Shown: one piece after another, positions 20,601 through 31,600 of the stretch
How positions within the stretch are numbered: position 1 is the stretch's first letter
Layout: each line of letters starts with the position of its first letter
IMG/VR virus record: IMGVR_UViG_3300014204_000009
Span: 1 to 64,000 of that record
From: a virus
Taxonomy: Duplodnaviria; Caudoviricetes
Length of the DNA: 64,000 bases
Reading direction: 5' to 3' (one strand)
Made by a program: the position numbers and the translations under genes
The notes under the pieces: model-generated
Databases searched by the model: none
Told to the model about the DNA's origin: nothing
Seen by the model: the letters and a program-made list of their open reading frames with translations, nothing else

Positions 20601-22620
20601 GTTTGCTGCTCATTTACATACTCTAAGTTGGATTAATCCTAAGAATGTTACTGATACTGAAAAGGGAGGTAATATTGAAAAGCAAAGAGTAGCACTTATG
20701 GAGATTAGAAACTATCTTTATAAAGAGTTGCAAAATGGTAATACTGTAGAAACTACTATTAAATCTAAAGGAGGAGGAGAGAAACAATATAATATTAAAA
20801 TTACAGATGGTAAAGTAGAAGTTAATTCTAAAGGTAATCCTATAATTGCAAGACTACCTTTAATTGAATGTAGACCAGGTAATACTACTCTTAATATAGT
20901 TAAAGATGGTGCATTATATATTGGAGAACAAACTGTCAATTCTGAATTCTCTAATAAAGAGATTGATTTATCAGGTAATACTGGATTAGTTTTTGAATCA
21001 GTTAAAGATAATGCTGGTAATGAACAGTTACTACCTTTATATATCCAAAGAGGATTTGAGAATACTCAAATACTTGATTCTATACTTACTGTAATTAAAG
21101 CTTTCTATAATAATGATACTAATTTAATTGATAAGATTAATGTTGCTTATGAACAACTTGGTTCTAATAGAAAGATTGAATTAAGTAATGCTGAATCATT
21201 AAAGACTTATTTAAGTGATTATTTAAATCTTAGTGACTTTCTATTAACTCAAGATTCTCCACATAATTCAATTAGAATTGGTATTGATAAAAAAGGTGGA
21301 TTAGTATTTGGTAAGGAAAGTGATGGTTATAAATTTAGAATTACTAATGCTAATGATTTTAATAAAACTGAATTAGGTAATACTACTAATGAACAATATC
21401 TAATTAAGTATTTAAAAGAGAAGATGTTTTCTATTAAACTTAGTAAGATAAATAATAAGAATAAGGTATTCTCTGTTTTAGTTAATAAAACTGGTGATAT
21501 AACTTCAACTACTTATCCTAATTATAATTCATTTACTAAAACTTTTACTGAAAGTTACTTTAATGGTAGAAATCAAATACCTTCTACAGGAGAGTATATT
21601 TATTTTATGAACCCTAATATTCAATTTAATACTAATTTTATTCCTGGTAAAACATTCACTGAAAGTGGAAAGGAATATAAAATTAAAATTAAAGAAGATA
21701 TTATTGAGTCTACAACACCTACTGGAAGAGATATGACTGAAGAAGAATTAGCTAAATTTATTAAAAGTAGAGAACAATATATAAGTGAACTAGAAGAAAT
21801 ACTTAAGTATGGTACTACTTATAGAGAAGCTATTGAAAAACTTGTTGATCTTTATACAGAAGAAACAGATAGAGCATATAAGATTGTTGTTAATGAAGCT
21901 AAAGAACAAGGAATAACTCAAGTATCTATAGAAAGAAGTAATGAAATATATACTCGTGCTCATGATATACAAAGAATTATAAATAATATTAATAAAGTTA
22001 ATGGAGAAGGAACATTTGATAATAAAATTCAAGATGATATTGATGGATGGAAAGATGATATTATTAATCCTCCTAAAAAGAGGATAATTCCTAAAGAAGT
22101 TAAACCAATTATAGATGAAACAGAAGATGATATTCCAAATAGACCTTTTGGTGATCCTGATAAAACAAGTAATATAGTATTACCCACTCCTAGTCAAAAT
22201 CAAAATAATTTAGTAAATAAGTCTAGTTATATTAAAGAAATAAATAATATATTAGATAATCTAAAAAATAATAAAGGTAAAACTTTTGTTATAGATGAAG
22301 AAGATGGAGAAGATATAAGATTTTCTCATACTGAAACTAAAGATAGAACTGAAAAAAGATTTGTAGGTGGGTTTGAAGATTATCAAGAATTAGATGTTAT
22401 TGATATTAGAGAAGGAGATTATTATATTCATACTTATCGTGGAGATGAAAGAACCATTACAGAAGGAGAAGCAATTAATTTAATTAAAAGAGTTGTTCCT
22501 GATATTGATATAATTAATTTGAATTTATCTAAATCTATTATTGATAAAGCTTATACTATTGAAGAGTTTAATTCTCTTCCTAAAGAAGAACAAGATTATT
22601 TAATTAAATGTTGGTCATAA
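17608..22620 (+). CDS. large ejection/cargo protein (RNAP-associated)
   Basis: 1670 aa; RYKAQNQSGWDKWGN, SEGLQE and LLGAIGG hydrophobic region, then coiled coil and an acidic linker. Confidence 0.6.
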   Translation: MNDIPPIEKLTFNPNKRKYFDPIVSPINNTDKYGTGYYPILSDTYYERDINRYKAQNQSGWDKWGNALGRGIIKMGVSMVEPIPYLLDIFQYTSDINEVEEIYGNKVSKILRDFENALDTAMPVYTEEDQPRIASADWWVKNADQMLKSAGYFVPGMSMTKGASLALKGVNIGLDALRLGSRGIRLSDKAIKWGSLMASAIGQNYAEHMYSAAVLFEQNVPIYYEQLKKENPYAPDEQLMGEARQRAAIDAEEIIVKGKINLPLDLLQAEMLFKVPGISRSFPEMIGKKRGLEYLWTGASEGLQEMNTGAFESEAQRHADLASGKIMDDGSTAFERGLQHYSSYEGITEGLLGAIGGVGMQVMSNLTYLGANKRARAFKSAHETDLGNFMTADKVDMNNFVSSLFESAGRGTYGTTLSVLDAIRNTPQEEATAKNYRHDYKERANLYHDIATEFESEYNATMHKYSEKPDEGMALVNSRTNRDVNRKLALKAQQDIVNLKSQYTTVEEEHPLFPLKQSILELNATKAELDNIDTQIEDLSIANAIDRTYDTNETLEDLDNRKSLTLRKYESIEYKLYRKQQEYLNNRKLDGVAEDKTLAEMEEYFKNVNEVDNKLKVAYRAFGEASSVSNIASAQVNKFESSPKELKDYVERNKLAYKKTIEEFTTKLNNTKTREQFNQLKLEYTNEQFIPFLARKEKEITKAEEKERIRKEKESKKKPVVTPEEVSGEPIDDIDGADQSSSSSFSSGTPEDQNQVNTTVIKPSEKLVSFDSILNKPADQLTDNDLGFLFNGKTEDTDNPGKTITLHDLAKRQIDTSTIDDIDETVKSTRQFLNLPALQHSQIKDYFADLLPHALELRDKLKLEDKTKQDIIDKEDVVTEPIIEDENTNLEDAVLRTVVSEKEGPTENEPFKRLKLEAATALAFLDTAYLENEKGEKKTAANEKAATFNLEIASPVYFKPKSKIRFILDINSAFYKGREDNIEEVPIAIEYQSKSGWKFAAHLHTLSWINPKNVTDTEKGGNIEKQRVALMEIRNYLYKELQNGNTVETTIKSKGGGEKQYNIKITDGKVEVNSKGNPIIARLPLIECRPGNTTLNIVKDGALYIGEQTVNSEFSNKEIDLSGNTGLVFESVKDNAGNEQLLPLYIQRGFENTQILDSILTVIKAFYNNDTNLIDKINVAYEQLGSNRKIELSNAESLKTYLSDYLNLSDFLLTQDSPHNSIRIGIDKKGGLVFGKESDGYKFRITNANDFNKTELGNTTNEQYLIKYLKEKMFSIKLSKINNKNKVFSVLVNKTGDITSTTYPNYNSFTKTFTESYFNGRNQIPSTGEYIYFMNPNIQFNTNFIPGKTFTESGKEYKIKIKEDIIESTTPTGRDMTEEELAKFIKSREQYISELEEILKYGTTYREAIEKLVDLYTEETDRAYKIVVNEAKEQGITQVSIERSNEIYTRAHDIQRIINNINKVNGEGTFDNKIQDDIDGWKDDIINPPKKRIIPKEVKPIIDETEDDIPNRPFGDPDKTSNIVLPTPSQNQNNLVNKSSYIKEINNILDNLKNNKGKTFVIDEEDGEDIRFSHTETKDRTEKRFVGGFEDYQELDVIDIREGDYYIHTYRGDERTITEGEAINLIKRVVPDIDIINLNLSKSIIDKAYTIEEFNSLPKEEQDYLIKCWS

Positions 22621-22635
22621 TTTAAACTAAGTTAT

Positions 22636-25600
22636 ATGCCTAAGAATTGTGTAAACATAAACTCTATTGAGTTTAAAGAACTTCTTGAACAGTCTAATCT
22701 TAATCCTGTTACTCTTGCTACTAAAGTTAGTAATTGGCAAGATATTAATGGAGTAGATAATTATCCAACATTAGAACAAATTGATATTCCTGAAACTTTA
22801 GCTAATATTACTATAAATAGTAAAGATGATGGTATTACTCATATTAATGTATATTCTAAAGGACAAACTGAATTAGGTAGAATGTTATCTAATTTTGCAC
22901 ATTCTCCTTTTGAATATGATGGATATGATTTTGCATCTGTTGAAGCATTTTGGTATTGGTATAAATTAAGTAATGCTAAACTGTCTGGATTGTTTGGTAA
23001 TGAATCTATTGTTCCTGAAGAAGAACTAGATCATTTACGGACTTTAGATGGAGCTGATAAATACTTTAATGGTCAAATCACCTCACTAGGGGCTAAATCA
23101 GAAGGGCAGAGATTAGCAAAATTATACAAGATAACTAACTCCATTTCTCCAAATAAAACTGTCCTGAAAGAGATTTACTACCTCAAATTGGCAAATAACG
23201 ACCAACTTAAAAGCCAATTACAAAAATCAACCCTTCCATTTACACATTATTATATTATGGGTGGAAAGCCTACTGCTAATCAATATGAATGGACAGCTAA
23301 ATTATGGGAAGAAATTAGAGATGAATTAAATGGTAAAGAAGTAGTTGAAAGTGTAGATAAAATAGAAGAACCTATTAATCCTAATGAGGTAATTCGTGCT
23401 AAATATGATATAACTCAATTACAAGATGATTTTCCTGAATATAAAGCAGAAGGTTTTGAGACTGCTGAACAGCAAGATGTAGCAACTAAAACTATTCGTG
23501 ATGAAATAGGTATTTCATATATTAAGAATGGAGATAAGTTACCAGTTAAAGAAACACTTGAAGATATTAGAAAGAGATTAACTGGAGAATTAGAAATTTA
23601 TAATAATTTAGTTACTAGAGTTACTGAAAAGGGTTTTGTATTTAATGAATCAAATCTTAAGAAATTAAATGAACAGTATAATATATATAATGTTGATGAT
23701 TTAACTAATAGGGTTAAATACTTTAATGTATTAATTACTAATTTAGACTCTATATTTAATAGAGCAATGTTACAAATTGGTACACTAGGATTAGTAATTA
23801 GAGGTAATAAAGTAGTTGAACAAGAAGAAGATATAATTTATACAGATGAAGATCAAAGTGAAGTAGAAAAAGATAATATTGGTGATGGTGTAGATGCTAA
23901 CTACATGAAGAGTATCTATGGAGATAATAGATTAGAACGAAATCCTAAGACTACTGCTTCATTTAAGTTTCAACTGTTCTTACATTCTATTCCACTAACT
24001 GAAGTTATAGATGGAGTAGTTGCAATTAAAAAGAATTATTTAGGTAGGACTATATATGAAGATGGTAATAGACTATTTGATCTATTACTTAGAGATATGG
24101 CTGATACTGAAATTCATCTTGGAGAAAAGACTAGTGTTGATAATGTAAATACTTATACTGGATTACTTAAAGTTTTATATGATAAATCTGCTATAATTCC
24201 AGCATATACTTATGTATTAACTAGACTTATTGATAATAATAATTATGGGTTAGCTACTGAGTTTGTTAATACAGTTGTTAAACATTATCATTTACGTGAA
24301 AGTGTATTTACTAGTAAGATATGGAGAGATAAAGATATAGTTGGTAGAAATAATAAGTTTCTAGATAGTAATTATTTTACAGGTCATAAGATAGTTATTC
24401 AACAATGGGCAGAAGAACAGAAACACTTACCTATTGTTAAAGATGAGAATGGTAATCTTTCAATTAATTTAGATGAAGTACATAAAATTAGAGATGATTG
24501 GAAACAATATATTGCTAATCTTGATGCTAGACAAAAGGAAGAAAAAGTAAGTATTTATACTCTTATTAAAACTGATGCATTTAAACAAAAGTTTACTGAT
24601 ACTCTTGCTTCAGTTGGAATTGTATTAAAACCTGAAATAGTAGATACAATCATTGCTACTTCTAAAAAGACTTTAGGACAGGAATTTACAACTGCTATGC
24701 GGTTAGCTAACACTAAAGGTATTGCTATTACAGATAGCTTTATGTATTATCTATTTAATGCATTTGAACCTAAAGAAAATGAAATAATAGATCCTGAGGA
24801 AACTAGACTTTCTATAAATAATCCTATCTTTGGAGCTAAATCTGAGAATTCAATTAATAGAATAGCTAAAATTGCTTATCAAAATTCATCTGAATATTAT
24901 GGACTTAATACACTAGATGGTAAGAATCATTTAACTTGGAATGTTGGAGATATTACATTTACTTCTAATGTAATAAGAAAACTTAAACAAGAGAATTCTG
25001 CTTATCTAAGTGAAATATTAAGTACTCCATTTGCTAAAACTTCTATTTGGGGTAATGCTTTAAAGACTAGTACAATCAATAGAGGTATATTTAATATTTC
25101 ATGGTTTGATGCTACTAGAGAAAGAGGTAGATTAGGAAATAGTAAGCAAAGAGATGAGATGGATAATGCAGATCAGACGTTCGTCGCTATGAATGGTATT
25201 CAACGAGGCAAGATTGCTAAATTCTTTATGCTTACTCATGGGGATAATAAGATGGCTCCTATGATTACTAACTATAAGCAAAATGTTGATTTAGTTTTTG
25301 ATAGTGAAGGAATATTTAAACCTTCAGATGATATTCTAAATAAAGTAATGGATGAAGTAGATGGAGATATTGATAGAATAGAAGAGTTTCAGAAAACAGT
25401 AAAAGAAACTCCTTTTACTGAATATAATATTGGAGCTAATTATTTTACATTATTTCCTTATCTTAATCCAGAGATAATGTTACGGATGATTGAACTTAAA
25501 CAATTAACTAAACTACAATTTGATCAAGTATGGGAAGAACCAATTGGAAATGAGAAATATTATAAGCTTAATATTACAGATAAAGGTAAAAATATAATTA

Positions 25601-28600
25601 GAGATATAGTAAGTAAAGCTTGTGTCAAAGGTATTACTTATACTGTTCAAGATTGGGTTAAACAAGGTATAATTATCAATAAAGATGGTAATTATTCATC
25701 TACTTTGATGGATAAAACTTATCTTGATGGTCTTACTGGAACTCAACATAGAAAGATGATTGTTGCTGCTGCTGACTTTTATCTTAATTATCTAATTGCT
25801 TATTCAGAAATGTATAGATTAATTGATGGTGATCCTGCAATATATACTAAATTAGATACTAATGGTAATATAGATCAATATGCTACATTAGATTTTCTTA
25901 AGAAAAGATTGAAAGGTACAATTAGTCCTCATATTGCAGGTAGATGGGAAGAGAATTACTATAATAGAATAGTTCTAGCTAATAGAAAAATTGATTTAGA
26001 TATTCCTGAATATAATAGACGAATTGGTATTGGTAGATATTTAGGTATTGATACTACTGATGGTTTTGAGCATACTACAGTTAAAGAATCACTTAAATTT
26101 AAACGAGCTTATCATTTAATAGAAGAAGACACTTATCATGAAATGATGAAAATCATTAAAGATGCTAAGAATGGTTATTATGAATTTAAAGATCCTAAAC
26201 ATATAGCAGTTGTATTACAACAAGATAAACCTATCGCATTTACTACTAAGCTTCACGATAAGTATAAAATGATGATGGTTCATTTTACTAAATCTAGTTC
26301 TGTTCCACTAATTCCTCAATTTACTAGAGGATTAGAGATTGATAAACTTAGAAGGTTTATGGAATCTAATAATATAGACAGAGCTAGTTATAAGTCTTCT
26401 GAAAAGTTAGGTAGTAAGAAACTTGTTAAAGTATGGGGAAGTACTGGAAAGTTAAGTACTAAATGGGATGAATTTGAAAAAGAGTTTAAATCTACTTCTG
26501 ATGATTATATTGAAACTCTTAGTAGAGATGATATGGGTATGCAACAACAACTACCTTATGGTAAAACTAAAGGACTTACCTCTAGTCAATTAGATAAAAA
26601 TTTATTCTTTCAAGCTAGAAACTTTGATAGATTTCAATATAAAGGAATTAATGGAAAAGATGGAGTATCAGGTGCTTATTTAGAGAATGAGAAAGATAAG
26701 ATTAAACAAAGATTAATGACTCTTGGTTTAGATAGATTAATCAATAAGTTTGGATTAATTATGAGACCTGATGGTACAATACAAACTGTAGATTTAAATA
26801 AAATTAGAACTGCTTTAATCAAAGAAGCACAAGATAGACATTGGGATACTCAAGATATTAAAGGTCTTAAATTAACTGAAGATGGAACTCAATTTATTGT
26901 ACCTTTATTCTTTAATAATTCAGTTGATAGAATTCAATCTTTATTACTTAGTGTTGTAACTAATGAAGTAGTTAAACATAAAATGCCTGAAATTGGTTAT
27001 TTACAATCACCTGCTGCGGGGATAAGAATACTTATACAAGATGAAGTTGACATTAATAATCTTGGTATAATCGCTACTACTAAATTTGATCCTAAAGTAG
27101 GATTACTTCCAGTTAATGTTAATCAGCCTGCTCAAGTTTTAGTTACATGGAATTTTAAAGATTCTAATGGAAAACTACTAGATATTAATAAGTTTGTTAA
27201 AGATGGTAAAATAGATTATGATTTACTACCTGAAGATGTACTTCAAATGATATCTCTTAGGATTCCTAATCATGGTCATAATACATCTCTTCCTGTAGAA
27301 ATAGTTGGCTTCATTACAGATAATCAAATGTACGGAGATACAATTATAGTACCTGATACTATAACTAGACAGATGGGATCTGACTTTGATATTGATAAAC
27401 TTTATAGTTATATTACTAATTACTTTTATAATAAAGAAACTGGAGGAATTAAAAAGATTAGTGAAGAATCTCTTATTGAATTAAAAGAAGGATTAGAAAG
27501 TCTTACTATGGAACATCAAATAGATGTTGTAAAACTTGATGAACTTCATTTAAGAAAAACTACTCTTGAAGGTACAGTATTAAAACCTGAAGATAGAGAA
27601 ATTAGAGATATAGAAGTTGGAGAGATTAATCAAGAATTATCTGCATTAAATGCTAAAATTGCAGATAATACTGGGATTATGGATGATATGAGAAAGAATA
27701 TAGAATTACATACTGAAGAAGCATTATTAAAACAAGATTATAAAGATATTCATTGGTCTGTTTTAACACATGAGAAAGTATTAGATTATATAATTGCTCC
27801 TCTTGAAACTGGTGATATTGAAGCTGAAGTTGAGAAACTCTATATTCCTGAAAGACAATATATAAATACTTTTCAATATCAACGAGATGCTTATAAGAAT
27901 CAAAGAGAAGGTGAAAGTCAAATTCCTATGTTTGCTTTACAGGTTACTTTTAACTCTGTAATTGAGAATTATGGAATTGAATATTGGACAAAGAAAGTAA
28001 TTAATGATAGGCTTGTTGAAGTTCCTGGAGAAATTAGATTTAAAGATGATAATGATAAACCAATAATATTAACTAGATTTAGTGGTAATGGAGTATCATC
28101 TTTTAATGGACAAACTAGAACTAAACAACAGAATATTAATACTCAATTAGGAGCAGCATTAGATAATAAAGGTTTAGGTAATGTTGGTATTAATAGTATT
28201 ACAATTCCTGCTTCAATTGCTATTACTCAACTTGAAACTAATGAAGCAATAGGATTAGATTTAAGGTATAATACTAGATTTTTAAGTCAAGAAGCTGTTA
28301 AATTAATTGTAAATGATATTGAAACTAACTTACGTAGTACATCTACTAAGTATTTTAAGAATATGTATACAATTAAATCATCAGCATTAAATAAAGTTGA
28401 TAATTACTTTGCTAGTAAAATTACTAATCCTATTAAAAAGAGTGATGATTATATTAAATCTTTAGCTTTTAGTCCTAAAGACTTAATGGATATGTTTAAT
28501 ATTAATTCTCAAGATAAAACTAAAAATGATGATTATTATGCTTCGCAATTAGCTGTTGTTCGTCAATATGCAGAACTTACTAAAATAGGTGATGATATTA

Positions 28601-31600
28601 TTAAATCTAGACGAGCAATACTTTCACCTATTACTAATGGAGCTGGAACTAATTTTGCAAAAGCTATTAGTTTACAGAAAGATATTGAATCATTAAAGAG
28701 TAATACTACATTACATAATATTGGTAAGATATTAGGACATTCTATTGAAGGTCAAGAATATAATCTTAGAAGTTTAATTCCTGATACTGAATATGGATTA
28801 GCTGCAAAGAATGTAGTTCAACTTGCTACTGAATTAGGTAAACAACTTCTTCCTATTGAAGCTGGAGTATTTGATCATGTTGAAACTCTATATCTTTCTC
28901 TTACTGGATTAGAGGATGTTTCTACTAATATGAGAAATACTCTAATTAAAGATTTCAAGAAGTTTATATATGCTGGTAATCCTGCACTATATAAAATTAA
29001 AGATGTTAGTATTGAAAGAGAAAGATTATTATTTGATTCTAAAACTAGTAGATCACTTGTTAATAGATTAAGAATATATAAAGATGGTAAAGGATCTAAG
29101 AATCCATATACTAGTAAATTAGCTACTGATAAAGGTGTAACTAAAGGATCACCAGATGTTATTAGATATAAAGGTATTCGTGGAACTGGTATATTTGAAG
29201 AAGAGAATATAGTATATCTAGTTGATATGTTATTAAGTTCTGATAAAGAAATTAGAGATTTAGCTCAAGATTTAATTACTTATAGTTATATAATTGGAAA
29301 TGTTAATGGATCAATGAGCTTTAATAGATTTGCTCCTATTGAATATTTAGAGCAGATTGGATTTAATAAAGTTTTTAGGTCTATTAATCAAATTATGAAA
29401 GATAGTGATTCTTTTGATCCTTTCTCTTCTGTATTTATATTTGATTTCTTTAGGCATCATCCTAATTATGCAAATAGTATAGAAGCTAAAAATATATCTA
29501 AAATATTAAAAACTGATTCAGATAAAATTCCTACATTATTTACAGTACCTAGAATGGATGCTGATAATAATGTAGCATATGATGTTATTATATGGGATAA
29601 GTTTGGTACTAATCCTAGGTACCCTTTGTTAGTATCTAGATATAATGAAAAAGCTAATCATTGGTATATATACGAAAAGATAGGAACTGATCCTAATGGA
29701 GAAACTGTATATCAAGCAATCTCTACTTTAGGTGAAGCTAATGTTAGACGTAGTAATGTATCTGAATATAACTTTAAAGGTGCAATTAAAAGTATATTAT
29801 CTGCAAATAATGTTCCTGATACAACTACAGTAATTAATCTAGAAGTTCCTAATAGAAGAAAGGAATTAAATATATTTAATGAAACTCCTAATGGAATTGA
29901 CTATTCTAGTACTACTGATTACTTTAAAGAAAATATGTCAGAATTAGTTGATGACAGATTAGCTAATTTAACTAATGATTATAAAACTTCATTTGAAAAC
30001 ACTATTGGTCAAATTGGAGGATCACCTTTCTACTCTACTTTATCTAAGATTATAGAGAAGAAGTTAAAAGAACAACATTTACATTTTAAAGTAGAAAGAG
30101 ATTTTAATATTACAGCTGCTGCTGAAACTGACTTTAATGTAAAAACTGTAACTATTAATCCTCTTAATGTACTTAATACTTTCAATAGATTAGATTTTGC
30201 TACCAATGAGGAGTTCGCCGCTAAGTCATTAGATGCTAATTTACTTCACGAAGGAATGCATACTATTACTAGATTTGCTACTAGAAATAGGAATAATAAT
30301 TCAATGCAAGTTAATGCTATTTTATTTTCGTTAGATAAAACAATGGCTAAAGCTATTGAAGAATTATCTAAAACTAATCCTAATTTAAAAGATGAGATAA
30401 AGACTTTCCAAGAAGTTATTGAAAAGAATAAAAACAATACTTTAACTGCTCAAGATTTAGAAGGTCTTAAAAGTAATATAGCATATGCACTCTCTAATAC
30501 TGATGAATTTATTAGTGGTTTATTCACTAATAAAGAATTGCAGAAAGCTTTAAATGATATTAAATATGATAAAGATCAAACTCTATTAGAAAGAATTATT
30601 GATTTACTTTCTACATTTATTAAATACTTAGGAGAAGAATTAGGAATACAAGTTAATGAAGACTCTCTTTTATATGCTGGAATTCATGATATTATAAATC
30701 TTATTAATCTTCCTGAAGTTAATAATAATGCAATTGAATTTGATACTGCTAAATTAGCTAATTATACTGTATATAATCCTTTAGAGCCTGAAGTTAAAAT
30801 ATTAATTAATGAATTGGCTCAATTACGAAATACCTATACTGGAAGATATACAGAAGGAACAGTTAGTCAAGTAGATTCAGATAAAGTTACTAGTACTTCA
30901 ATTGAAGATAGAAATTTATGGCAAAATAGAATTGCAGATATCAATTCAAGTATTGAAATGATTAATATTAATCAAAGCCCTACTTCTATTGAAGATGCTA
31001 TTAAACTTCAATTTGAATTTGTAGAACATATACTAAATAAGAATACCACTAATCCTAAAGAGTTATTACAAGCTAGTAATATTGTAAATGCTTTTAATTC
31101 AAATACTACTGAACTTTATATGAGTGAGGCTCAATTATATCAGCCTACTAATCCATATAATGAAATGTGGTCTAGAATTAATCGTATTGCAAAAGATTTA
31201 GATTTAAGGCTTATGGATAGATGGAGAAATTTAATATCTGATAAGAATAATGAATCTCAGACTATAAATTATACTCCTGAAGAAATAGAAACTATTAAAG
31301 ATTATGATCCTGAATTAATAACTAGATTAAAAACCAAGGGTACTAATTTAAGATATGTAAGACAACATAGTAGAATGTTGTCAATGAATACTGATCCTAG
31401 TTTATTAAATGAACCTATTGCAGATGTTATATCTCTTATTACCGAATCAGCTAACTCTAATCTTACTGCTAAATTAGTCAAGTTTTTAGATAAGATTAAT
31501 GAAGAATTTAATATTTTATATAAGAATCCAGAAGCTAAAAGATTATGGAATACTGGTATAATTGATCAAAAAGATGATAAAGGGAATTCAACTGGACGAT

